DNA of 59,057 bases, the filler included, from Sphacelaria rigidula (taxonomy: Eukaryota): the NCBI GenBank assembly GCA_964200075.2. It is 5 parts of 5 records of this genome, joined end to end, with 100 filler letters (N's around TTAATTAATTAA, not from the genome) between each part and the next. Parts side by side here need not be neighbours in the genome. Positions count along the whole stretch, not along the records: positions 11,834 to 23,566 come from CAXNAA020004576.1; positions 23,667 to 35,397 come from CAXNAA020004577.1; 3 more parts are not named here. One strand, written 5' to 3'. The translations under genes were made by a program, and so were the position numbers. The notes beneath the pieces are model-generated. The model was given only the letters and a program-made list of their open reading frames with translations. It did not search any database and was not told the origin of the DNA. This document shows, in pieces, positions 12,860-25,243 of the stretch (position 1 is the stretch's first letter; each line of letters opens with the position of its first letter).

Positions 12860-15800
12860 CCTTGTTTAGCGTCTTCCAGTGGCCTATCCCCGCGCTCCTG
12901 TCCACATCCACAACCGCCGGCGGAGGGCGCGTGGGGGGACCGATACCAGGATTGGACGACACGACCTTGTCTGCCTTCCTCTTCTTTTTCTTCTTCTTGC
13001 CCCCCCCGGGAGTGCCCGGCGAATTGGCATACGGAACCCCATCGCCGTCTACCCGCGATGCATTTCGCACGGCGGCGGCAGGAGAAACGACGGCCGGCGA
13101 CGGTCTACCTGCATGATATTAGGAACATGAGGCAGCAGGACGGGTGAGGTTGTGTGCTGCACGTGCTTGAAAGGATAAGTGACATTTTCGTTGGTACAGA
13201 AGCAAGCAGCCTGGAGTGGAAATTTCACGAGACCTCCCGAGTGAAAACCACGATATTTGTATTTAGATGATAAATGCGCAGAGATGCTGAGGCACCAAAA
13301 TTTGACCTCTGGGGGATGACTGATGACAGTAACTGATTGCGACATACTCAGAAATCGACCATCATTCATTCGTGTCTGGGTCCAACTTATAATACCAAGG
13401 TCTACTCGAGAAGGATGATAAACATGTCGTGATTTCGAGAAGAAGTAGGATTTCTTTGACTGCACCATGCGATGGAATGTGCTTGGCGCAACAAAATGAT
13501 GCACGGAAGATGAGGATTCTTGTGGAGAATGACTGAAACTTGACGTGACAATAGGGCAAGGTGCCACACAACACGTACACAGTGACAGGCTGAGGATCAC
13601 GTTGTGTCGAAGAAAATATACGCTGCGAAATAGCGGAATCACGACCGCAACCCCTGCGGGAGGGAAAAACGAGAACAAAAATATGGAGGATGACTGAAAA
13701 GGGGATTACTACATCTCTGTATACGAATGACCTACACACTAAATCGTCCAACGCCCTCCCCCCCCTCTCCAATGAACGCCAGGGTATGCGCACGAACCCG
13801 GAAGGGGGTTGCCACGCCCAGCGAGACGGTCGAGCAGACTCTGATGATCTTTCAATGGGTCGTCCACGTTCACGGTCGCCCACTCGAAATCCCCGCGGCT
13901 GGGAATGACGGTCACACCGGAGGTTACTTTGGCCCTCTTTTTGAACGACAAACAAGGTTCGTCCTCTTCGGATTCCGGCTCGAAAATGTTGTCGGACGCT
14001 GTCTCTTCCCAGGGAGAAGGTGATGGCTCCGGGCCCGAGGCAGAATCGCGGATTGACGGCGTACCAGCAGCAGAAGAATCGGGCGCCGAAGCGGAGCCAA
14101 ACCCGTCGCCACCTCCGCGGCGGTGATGGGGAGTATAGCCCCCCGAAGAATCATCAGTGCTCCCGAGAGACAGCGTGCGGCGGCGCTTGCCGCTTCTATC
14201 CAGCGGCGCGGCCAGCTTGGGATGAAGGGACATAGAATCGCTGCCGCTACCACTCGCGTGTTCCGAGGATGACACGTCGTAACGCGGCAACGGCGAGGAC
14301 TCTGACGCTTCCTGCCCATCTCTTTCTCCGTCCCCACTGACGCGCTCGTCCGTGCCGTCCTCGCCGCTGCCTCTGCTGCCTCCGATGCCACTGCCACGGG
14401 CGGCCCTGAAAACGGCATGGTGCCCCCCGTACCGGTCCATTGGCCCTCTCCCGGAACCCACGCGACTGCGCTTGCTGGGAGGAGGGCCACTCGGGCTACC
14501 GGGACGACTGCCGCGGCCACTACCACTGTAGAGGGACGAAGATGAGACGTCGTAGCGCGCGGGGGACGACGACGAAACGCTGGATGGAGAGTTACACGAA
14601 GCAAAGGACTCTCCTTCGTAAGCTCCATCACCATCGTCATCATCGTCATCATCACCATCATCACCATCGTCGTCGTCGTATTCGGCGTCGGCGTCCGAGC
14701 CGCCCCCATCAGACGATGACACATCGTACCGCGCGCTCACGGGAGACGAGCCATCGTCTCGCTGCATAACGAAACTGCGGATCCGGCCGCCGCTGCTCCG
14801 GCCGCTGCTCTGGCGACGGCTGCCCCTGGAACGGCGCCCAGACGAGGAGGAGCGGTCGGCCTCGTCTTCTGACGAAGAAACGTCATAACGGTCCGGCGGG
14901 GCGGAATACTTCACTTGGTAGCCGTCATCACTAGGTGCACATCCCGCCGCAATCGCCCCGCTGCTGCCACGTCTGGCCGATGCCGCGGGGGAGCAGACGC
15001 CTCCAGATGACGAAGACACGTCATACCTTGACTTGGACTGGGATTGCCGTGGCGGAGACGCCGGGCTTGCCTCGCTGCTGCTGCTGCTACGTCTGGCCGA
15101 CGCCACGCGGGAGCCAGCGCCTTCAGACGACGAGGACACATCGTACCTCGACTGGAGCGGGGATTGTGACGGTAGCTGTTGTGGCGGAGACACCATGCTG
15201 CTGCTGTTACCACGTTTGGCAGACGCTGCCTGGGAGAGGGCGCTTTCGGAAGACGAAGAACAATCGTATCGCGACCTGACGGGGGACTTTGTCGGGGACG
15301 GTGACGGTAGCTGTTCTCGGGGAGACGCCGTGCGGCAACGGGCATCATCAGAAGAGGAAGAAACATCGTACCGCGACCTGATGGGGGACGATGTCGGGGA
15401 CACTGGCGGTGGCTGTTGTCGGGGAGACACCGCACTTGCCCCGCTGGTGCTTAATTCGGCGGATGCCACGCGGCAGCGGGCATCTTCCGAAGAGGAAGAA
15501 ACGTCATACCGCGACCTGATGGGGGACGATGTCGGGGACACTGGCGGTGACTGTTGTCGCGGTGACTTCCGCGACCCCGGAGGCCGTTGCGGCGGCGGGT
15601 GGAGCTGCTGTTCTTGTACCCGCCGTTGCCGCTGCTTGCGTCCCCGCCGCTTACCACGGACACCCGAGCGCACACTTTCACCCACCTCGTCTGCAGATGC
15701 CGCCGCGAGTGGACGCTGCTCTTTACCCGCCGTCGCAGCTGAAGTCATTGCTTGCCCCGCAACCGCCGAATGAACAGTCCAAGGTGTCGATGCACAGAGA

Positions 15801-17752
15801 CCCACACTCGCAGGTTCAGGGTTGTGCGAAACGACAGACTTTCGCCAGACAGCAAGCTGCGATACAACAGGGGGTTCGGCAACAGAAATCGTTGCGGAAT
15901 TCCCCACCTGCCCGCTCTTCCCCGCCGGTGTCTCGAATGCCACCGCTTCCATCAGCTCACGCATGGCCAGGTCCGCCTCGCGCTGCTTCCGCTCGGCAGC
16001 ACGTTGGAGCTCGGCGACCCTCGCCTTCGTCCTGGAAACTGGCGATAAATCAGGCTGCGGTGGCGGCGGCGGAGGTGGCAGCGGTGGCGGCGGCGAAGGA
16101 TGCGGCGAACGCTGTCGGATGCGAGCTGATGACCTTACTTTTGAAGCGCCGGAGACCCGTTTCGAGATTTTGGCAGCCGGTTGTGCCGCTTGGACGGTTG
16201 GTTGTGCCGTCTGAACGACTTCTCCTTTCTTTCCTGCGCCCTTCCTTGTCGCCTTGGAACGCCGTCGCGCCGCTTTCGGGACCACCGCTCGTAAGGATTT
16301 GGCGGTTGATACAGGTTTCGAGGTCGCCGTGGGGTGTGCGCCAGACGGCGGAGTCACACGCACGGCGACGCCAATACACTGGCTACCGACCTGTGGCGCC
16401 TTGGAGATATCTTCCTCTTCGAGCTCTTCATCGTCCTCGTCGTCGTAGTCTTCGCTCTCGTAAGGTCTGTCGCAAGATCCGAACAAGCTAGACGCGGGCA
16501 GTGCCAGCGCAGTCTCTGGTTCTACCGTTTTTTCTACTCCCACTCCGCGCTCAGCCATTGCCGGATTTTCAACATTTTCAGACAGAAAGCGAGCGGGGGC
16601 TATCGCTGCGGAATGTGTCACGGCCAACGGAGCCGCCGCGTCATCTGGGTTCAGTTGAAGGCACGGCATTGGTAATTGGGGATCACAACCGTCTACTCCG
16701 GGGGATGAATGCAGGTCATCATCCTCACCAACACTATCATACTCATCGGGTTCGGATAATGGGGGGGGGGCTCGTGTTGATTGGGGGGACAGCAATAGCT
16801 CAAGGGACGCGGGGGGAGTCGAAGCGAGGGCTCGGATCGGGGGACGCGCTCGTTGTCGTTCCTGGCGACGCCCGGTTTTTTTCTTAACCGACGACTGCAC
16901 GGGCGCCACGACGACCGTGCTCGGCTCACCTTCCTCCCGTCGCGACGCCTTCGCTCCTTTTCCTTTTCCTTTTCCTTTGCCTGTTCCCGTCTCCAGCTCC
17001 TCTCCTCGCACACGCTTCTGACCTCCTCCCCCGCGCCCCGCCTCCTGCGAACCATAGTGTGGTGTACCGTGGTGGCCGTGGTAGCCGCTGCCGACATGGA
17101 AGGGGGCATGGCCGCGGGCGCCGTATGCTTGGCTGCCACCCTGATTCCACGACTGCTGTTGATGCTGCTGGGGACGCTGTGGGGAGGAGGGAAGTTGGCC
17201 TGACTGGCCCGGGTAGTACACCGCTTGCTTCTGCGTCCGAGGGATGGGATTGCTGTTGGTACCGGTGCCCTGTCCTCCCCCTCCAAGCCCTCGCTGAGTG
17301 TGCTGCGGCATGCCTACCTGCTGCTGCATGCTCATCTGCTGCTGCTGCTGGCTGGGGAAACCTGCTCCCTGATTGACAACATCCGCGGCCACCCACTGGC
17401 CGGCAGCTTGCTGGGGCTGTTGAGAGGTCATGGGGATATGCTGCTGCTGCACCCCGACGGGGGACGCATAGTTCGTAACCGGTTGGCCGGGTCCACCAAC
17501 ACTGTTGACCTGCGGGTTGTTGCCTCCTACCCCACCCTGGAACGGTTGCTGGGACTGAAATTGCTGTTGCGGCTGTGGTTGTGGTTGCTGAATCGCAGGA
17601 TCGTACGGAACATGCGGGTTTTGCTGCTGCATGTAGGCCGACTGAGCGGCGTGGATCTGACCACCACCCTGTGGTTGCTGCGGCTGCGGTTGCCAGGCGT
17701 TTGCGTTGCCGCCACCGCCATTGTTTATTCCTTTCACCGGGTCCCAGCTCAT
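12860..17752 (-). CDS. Large low-complexity protein of unknown function (Q/G-rich N-terminus, Ser-rich region with nine RYD[VC]SSS motifs); 3' end unresolved
   Basis: Uninterrupted ~3.96-kb first exon from ATG 17752 (MSWDPVKG) to donor G|gttcgt at 13798. It splices in phase 1 to exon 13108-12860 (atgcag|GT; RPSPAVVSP...KKKKKKRK...HWKTLNK; donor gtgcgt). The frame is GC-rich and open for over 1300 codons. Confidence 0.8.
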
Positions 17753-18035
17753 GCTCGACCGGAAATTTTTCGACCCTCGATCCGCCGCACCTCGACCGCA
17801 ACAACCCCGTTTCCTCGCGCAGCGGCGAAACAAATGGGATCCAGGGCGTCTACGTTGTCTCAGTATTTGTTATTTTCGTTAGGTCACTCGCTGTCCCCTG
17901 CTTGAGCGATTATTTATTCGCCAGACGGGGGGGCCCTTCGCAATTATCTACAGCATAGCTTTGGTCATTTTCTACAGTGCCCTCGTCATCATATTTTCTT
18001 GGTCATACTAAGATCCACGATTGATTAATGTGAAG

Positions 18036-18078
<43 letters not shown>

Positions 18079-18079
18079 C
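18036..18079. repeat. (CAA)n microsatellite between divergent genes
   Basis: Pure CAA run visible in the sequence. Confidence 0.95.
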
Positions 18080-18396
18080 GGTTGATTCTGGTATATGGGA
18101 CGTTCATGGTGCGAAAAATAAGTGGAATCTTCGTGATAAACCTGCTGTTGGGATCATTCGGGGTATTATTTCCTTCGGTAGGAGTAATAGATGGGTATGA
18201 TGCCTTGCCGCTAACGTTTTGAGTCTCTTTTTTCATGCGGGTCTGCAACGAAAGCAAATGTGACGATGGCGGGGGACACCATGTGTCACCCAAAGGGTAT
18301 GACATATAAAGGTATGCCATACCCTTTGGTGTCACCCGCTGCCCGTCACACGACGAAGACAGGCTCACAGCACGACCTGCACATCTGCCGCGCGTC

Positions 18397-18973
18397 ATGA
18401 ATGATTTGAAAGCGGGAGAGACCACTGTATCAAATACTGCAGGCGAAGCTACATCGTCTCCGCCCACACATTGTGAAGAAAGGCGAGCAACAACACAACA
18501 AGTTAACGAAGATGACACCAGCGTCCGCCGCAACACTGATCCTGATGCGATGATAGCCACATTGATCCAACGCTTAGCCGTTACAGAAGCCGAGCTCATG
18601 CGAGAGCGAGCCTCCAATGAAGCCATGAATGATGCCCTGGTCACCTTCCGACAACAACACTCAGCAGCGGCAGAATCAAAGAGGAATAGAGACAACCCTA
18701 GTGCTACCAGCGGGGCAACTCCAGACTGCCCGCAAGATATGGTCGCTGGCAATTCCAGATCAACCCATTCTAGTGCTCCCGCAATGGCGGAGGTTGAATC
18801 AAGCGAGAGTTTGCGAGGGGATTACCTAGGCGTGGGTGGGGGGGGGCATAAGGAGAGTGGTGATGGGACTGGCCGGGTGGAAAGACCGCCGTGGAAAAAT
18901 ATTCTATACAAGCGACAACCTTATCCCGACAACTATGTGCCCGAGTCATTCTTGGAAAAGCTCGTCACCAATG
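18397..18973 (+). CDS. PIGC: GPI-GlcNAc transferase subunit C (PIG-C/GPI2), first exon (partial gene)
   Basis: Exon ends in PWKNILYKRQPYPDNYVPESFLEKLVTN, the characteristic GPI2/PIG-C N-terminal motif, followed by donor G|gtgagg at 18974. The start codon is uncertain. Confidence 0.8.
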
Positions 18974-19462
18974 GTGAGGTATCCTTCCTTCTCCTGTACC
19001 GGCCGTTAGGACCGACTGTCGTAGATGTACGAAAGAGGAAGGAAAAGTGACTACTGCTAGCCCTCTAAGTTGAGGTCGTATAATGTTGCCCAGGCACCGT
19101 AGGCCCGAAGTTCCAGAGTCGGCCACACACAGTCGAGGGAAGGGGACGGAAGGGGTTGGGGGCGGTGGGAGGAGTTCAATACACAACATTGTGATATCCC
19201 TACATACCCGTGTTTTTCTCTCACGAAGTCTACCGAGACTTCACCAATGCCTCTCCCCCGAGATCGTGATTTGACCCCCTGCTTCGCTTCGGTCGTACAT
19301 AACCCGTGTTCCCTAAAGGGGGGCACTACGCATGCAACAAGTGTATCCATTCGACGTATCCATATCGCCGACAAACTATGTTATTATTCCGAAAGGGGTG
19401 AGAAAACGGCTGGGCTTTACATATATGCCGCCTCGCGCCATCACCACTACCGAACAGTGAGC

Positions 19463-19670
19463 TGTTGGTGTTGGTGTTGGCGTTGGTGTTGTCTCCACAT
19501 AAAAAACCGTCCCGATATCTATCTGCGCAGTACTCTTTACTGGGCATCCGATGCGGACGCCTTCCGTTGTCACAGGCTAACCACCCCAAGCTAGGGGGGA
19601 AAAAATCATGGAATAAAAATCGGACCCAGAAACAATTCACACAGACGCGATACAAAATAATTTTAAAAAA
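19463..19670 (-). mobile_element. Second copy of the (CAA/CAC)n-tailed retroposon end
   Basis: Homologous to 4030-4290. Confidence 0.6.
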
Positions 19671-20907
19671 ACGCAGAGGAAAAAGAGGAAGGAAAAAGGA
19701 TTACTGCTAGCCCTCCAAGTTCCGGTGTCGTATGCGACCATTCGGGCTACTGGAGGCGGGGCCCACTAGTCCACTCAACACGCGAGGCCAAACAGGAAGG
19801 GAGCCAAACTCGAGGGCCACGATCACCAGCCAAAGCGATAAGAGTCGCAGGGTTCTAACCTTGTACCTCTAGAGGGACAGCTATGCGTACGAATATACTA
19901 GGCATAATAGGAAAAGCACAACATAACAACACACACCACCTCGGGGGGTGGTTGCGCATATTGTGTGACGCGTGCAGCGAAATGCCCTTGGATTTGCTTG
20001 TGCGTATGGTCACCCGACCCAAATGGAGGTCCTCATTTTTCGTCAGCTTGCCGCCCTTGTCCCTTAGACTGCGAACTCCCCTCAGATGGACTATGCCACA
20101 TCTAGGGTTTAGAACAGCTGTTTTCTCGCTACACAGATCGTTTTTTTCACAACCTTGGGGATGTTCGGCATCTATCTAGAAAATAGTCCCGGAGGATCCT
20201 TGACCGGTTTTGAACCTGGAGTCCATTGCGTGCAGAGTCAGTGTGTGTGCAGCATGCCTTCGCTGGATACATGATAGGAAACAGTCAGCGGGTCATCGCT
20301 CTCCACTGAACACAGTGTACTGCACGCTGCTGACGTCTCGGTGTAGTGTTTCACAACACTACAGACAGTGTGAAGCTATGCTGGCAACGCAAGAGGGGTC
20401 AGGTAGGCGACATAGTCCACGAGAAGAGTAAAACGCCCTATTTTTTTGCCAATGTAATCTATGGTTGAATGGTCATGATCAAAATGAGAAATACGGCTAG
20501 ACAGCGAAGTAGTCTATCTATACTCCATCTGTAGGGGAACAAAGTGACCATATTGATAGCCGTGATTGGTCACAATGGTTGGTCACTCCGCTCCTCTCGG
20601 GCCTCGTTCCTGGCTTAGAATTTTTCTCGGGAAACTTCCAGACATACGAGTAACTTGGTCAGTGTTCCGTCTGTCCTGCGAACAGGTCCCCACCCTTTGT
20701 CAAAAACCACCCCCCCCCCCCCCCCCCCCCCAAGCAGATGTGACGCCCTACCGAAAACAAGAAACACCAAAAACAAACCCAAAGTATTAACCGAAATTCG
20801 AAAANNNNNNNNNNCCAGACATACGAGAAACTGGGTCAGTGTTCCGTCTGTCCTGCAAACAGGTCCCCACCCTTTGTCAAAACCCCCCCCCCCCCCCCGC
20901 TCCCCCT

Positions 20908-23484
20908 GAGCAGTATTCGAGCACTACCGTAAACTAGGAACACCAAAAACTAACACGAAGTTCTACACGGAATTCGAGAAAGAGATCAACGAGTGGGCAG
21001 AAGCAAATGTAAAGACGTCAGAACGGGAGGATAGAGGCCCGAAAGGATTGCAGAGATGAGGTAAAGGAGTGCGTAGCTAAACTCAAGAACAGAAAGGCAG
21101 CAGAGGCAGACGAAATAGTGAATGCATTTCTGAAGCATGGGGGGGAAGGAATGATTACCATGATGGTCATGCTGTATGACTGGATATGGGGAAACGAGTA
21201 CACACCCAAGGGGTGGAGAGAAGGAGAAGTAGTCAATATTTTTTAAAAAGGAGACAAGGCTGACCCAGGGAACTATAGAGGGATGACGCTACTGAGCACG
21301 ATAGGGAAAACGTTGTGTATGATTCTGGACGATAGAGTAGGAACGATGCTAGGAAAGGACGAAAATATCAGCGAGAGACAAGCAGTTTTCAGATCAAACC
21401 GTAGTTGCGTACACCATGTATACGCACTACGTGAGATTATTTAAGGGAGGAGAGACGCCGGGCTGGTACCGTACTGTTTATTTCTGGACGTGCAAAAGAC
21501 TTTTGACACAGTATGGAGAAATGGGCTGTGGAAAAAATTGTTGTAAGCTGGGATCAGAGGAAAGATGTGGAGAATGGTAAAGAAGATGACAGAATCTGCC
21601 AGAAGTGCCATGATCCTAGACGGGGAAATATCGAAATAGTTCGATATCTTACAAGGAGTTGCACAAGGATGTACGTTATCACCCACCTAATTCAAGGTAT
21701 TCATTGACGACTTGATACTAGCAATGGAAGCAGCAAATGCGCGGTACTCGTCTGTAACGGTTTCAGATCACACCGTAGTTGCGTAGACCATGTGTACACA
21801 CTACGTAAGATTATTGAAGGTAGGAAAGACGCCGGGCTGACAACGTACCCTTTCTTTCTGGACGTGCAAAAGGCTTGTGACATAGTATGGAGGAATGGGC
21901 CGTGGAAAACGTTGTGGGAAACTGGGATCAGAGGAAAGATGTGGAGAATGGTGAAGATGACAGAATGTGCCAAAAGTGCCATGATGCTAGACGGGGAAAT
22001 ATCGAAATATTATGATATCTTACAAGGAGTTGCACAAGGATGTACGTTACCACCCACTTTACTTGAGATATTCATACATGGCTTGATACTAGCAATGGAA
22101 GCAGCAAATCGAGGAGTCGAGGTGAGTGGAGATATGATATCAGGTTTGATGTTCGCAGATGATTTTGTGGGGATTTCAGGAACACCAAAAGGATTGCAAA
22201 AACACATAGAGAAGGCGCTAGATTACACCAGGAAATGGAAAGTGACAGCGAACGTTAGCAAATGCGCGGTACTCGTCTGTAACGTAGACAAGAAAAACCC
22301 GGTAGAGTTCAAGTGGAAGTGAGGAAAAGAGGAACTGCCGATCGTAGATCAGTATACATACCTTGGTGTAGAGATCTCAAACACTGTTCTTGGGATGCAC
22401 ACGTAAACAAAGTAATGGAAAAGGGTAAGGCACAGGTAGGCAGGATGGACGTGATCCTCAGAGACTCGCACCTAGATGCTAGGATTAAGATATGTATCCT
22501 GATGAACGTGATCGTACCAAAGCTGGAATATGCAGGAGAAGTAAGGGAGGGGAACGTAAAATTGGTGAAAAGGTTAGAAACAGTACAGATGGCAGCAGCT
22601 AAGGAAATATTTGGATGCTCGAAAACGACGAGTAATACAGCACCGAGAGCAGAGTTGGGAATGTACTCACTTAAAACAAACAGAGGCACGAGGAAATTGA
22701 GGTGGCAATATAGCTTGAAGAACATGCAGAGAGAGTGATTGCCAGCTACAGTTGATAAGGCTGTATGGAAGAAAATTACCAGAGGGCAAGCTATAAGGTG
22801 GGATCAATAAGTCGAGAAAGTATTGAAGGAGATAGGCGGAAACCAAGACGATAAACTATCCATAGATGAAGGCGCGGGGTACAAGACAAAAGTAAAAGAC
22901 ATGATAGAAGTAAGGAAAAAATGAGTGCTCAGACGCAAGGTAGACGAGGAAGGAGATATACCGGGGGTTGAGAGAGGGGATCGGGATGGAAACATATCTG
23001 CATGGCCCCATGCACGCGGCGAAAAAATTGATACTGCGATTCCGGGTGGGGGACCTGGACCTGCCAGAAAGAAGGAAGAGTTATACCCGTCGTCGAAAGG
23101 AGCAGGAAGTAGATGGACAGAACTGTCTTTGTGGCAAAGCAATAGAGAGCAGGAATCATATAGTGGCAGAATGTGAACTATACAAGGAGAAACGGGACGT
23201 GCTAGAGGGGTTAATGCGGGACGTGAACGAAAGTGGCATGAACTCGTCTGATGCATTAGACAGTAGGGAGGAAACGATGGCTATACTAGGAGATAAATGG
23301 TGGCCAGAGACGGCGAAACAGGACGTGGATAAGATATGTAGAAGGTTTTTGTGCAATGTATGGAAGAAGCGTAGTGAGCGCCGGAATGTTGAAGGTGTCT
23401 CTATTAGGAGTGGTAGCGATGCTCCGTCTCGAAAGGGATGCGCGGTCAGTGGTCAAACGGCAAAGGCAAGCAACAGATGAGTAC
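20908..23484 (+). mobile_element. Degenerate, 5'-truncated non-LTR retrotransposon (LINE family A): RT domain plus C-terminal CCHC-like knuckle
   Basis: RT motifs FLDVQKACD, QGVAQGCTL and LMFADD (21792-22322); CLCGKAIESRNHIVAEC in 22968-23480. Multiple stops and frameshifts. Begins after a poly-C tract and ends GAGTAC. Confidence 0.92.
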
Positions 23485-23566
23485 GCGCGGGCCCGGCCCC
23501 CCCCCCGGGCGAAGACACCGAAACGCAGACACAGCTGCCCAGCGCGGAAGAGCATCGCGTAGGGGA

Positions 23567-23666
23567 NNNNNNNNNNNNNNNNNNNNNNNNNNNNNNNNNN
23601 NNNNNNNNNNTTAATTAATTAANNNNNNNNNNNNNNNNNNNNNNNNNNNNNNNNNNNNNNNNNNNN
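23567..23666. other. Artificial contig linker
   Basis: N44-TTAATTAATTAA-N44. Confidence 0.98.
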
Positions 23667-25243
23667 ATGACTATGGCATGCATGATCATGAGTACGCCCC
23701 CCCCCTCCCCCCTCGCCCCTCGCCCCCCTCATTGCAAATGACTACGCCTCCGCCCCCTCCACAAGACTGCGATTGAACCCTGGCTCGTTTCACTCTCGTG
23801 CCTTCCATCTCGGTTAGACATCCAGTACTGTTATTGTCCCATCATTGTACCGGGAATAAATAAGATAATCATCGCCGACGACGATTGCTGACCGCGAGGA
23901 CGAACAACATGGAACAGAGGCTTTCAGCACAGGAAATACGTACTCTTCAGAAACGCTTCATATGCTTGATGGATGGGAGTGTGACATGACATCTACACAA
24001 ATAGCCAGTAGGCCTGAGGACAAACACTTTTTCAAGTCCGAGTTGACTTCACGACGAAAGCACAAATATACTCGAAAGAGTAGGCCGCGCGGCAAGCGTG
24101 AACAAAGATCGCACGGCGTAAAAACGAGAGAGAGAGAGAGCTTGATTTGTCAGAATCGTCCTGGGGAAAATGTCTACACGGTACGGTAACTAAATTTCGC
24201 TGCACTACTGTGGTGAACGGGCGCCCCCCGCCCCAGCAACAGTAAACACTTGAGGCATCTACGGTGTCTCCTGGTGTGTGAAGCCGTCTCCCACGCGCTT
24301 CACGTCGAGCTCGGCCTTCTCCCTCAGAGCTTTCGAGATGGGCGACCGTTATTCGAGCGTACCGTCATCTCGGTGGCAGCACTAGAGAGCACCGTTGCGT
24401 CCACAAGCGAGGAAGGTGCAGCAGCGGGTGGAGGTGCGGCGGCAGAACCTTCACCCGTAGCTGTAGAGTCGAAAGCTGCACCAGCCAGCGCGGCGGAGTT
24501 TGCTGTCTCACTCGTGCTTCGGAGTCAGAATGCTAAACATGCACCACGACATATTTCATATTTCGAAGACCATGTCCTGTGTTCGCTCAGACCCGGGGGT
24601 CAAGTGTGAGAAAAGAACTGTAGATGAAGACATATTCTTTACTTTTGAACGCATAAAGTGAAGAAGAAAAAAGTGATTACGGACAACAAACTCCCCTCCA
24701 CGGTACCGTCAGCACGTCACGCCTACCCCTGAGCCACACCTCATAACACTATCAAGGTCTTACGCAATAATTATATATGGACTACGGTATTTCTTCTGCG
24801 GTACGCACGGTGTGGTACGAGCAAATCGCGGTACAGTATATCCGCAGAAACGGAATCATGATTCTGCGATACCGTGATCCGGTTCGGCGCTGGATTTTAC
24901 AAAATTGTTCGGTACTGCGGTGGAGTTGGAGTGTTCCATATACCGCAATGCAGAAAAATTACCCCGGTAGAGGTTCCGAGGAAAGCTCTGGGATTTTGTT
25001 TTTACGATCCCTGTTGAATATGTGAAAACAGCCCGGCATGTTTATCACCGATCAAGAAGTTTCCCGTGCTTAAGGCGTTCCGTTAATTGGCAATGAGTCG
25101 AATAACACGATCCATAACGCCCCCCAGTTGTCGCTATCATACCCACGGTCACGAAGAGGTACTTCACAGATCTGCCAAACTTATGACTCGCAAAAAGGGG
25201 AAAAAAAAAAAAACTGTGGAGTATAACCAAAACACAGACACAC

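Noticed and set aside
15033-17905. Several long plus-strand ORFs (246, 320 and 226 aa)
   Set aside because: Antisense shadows of the GC-rich 4-kb exon.
20638-20980. ~170-bp tandem duplication around a 10-N gap
   Set aside because: The copies flank a gap and diverge mainly after a poly-C run; typical of overlapping low-quality read ends rather than a real duplication.
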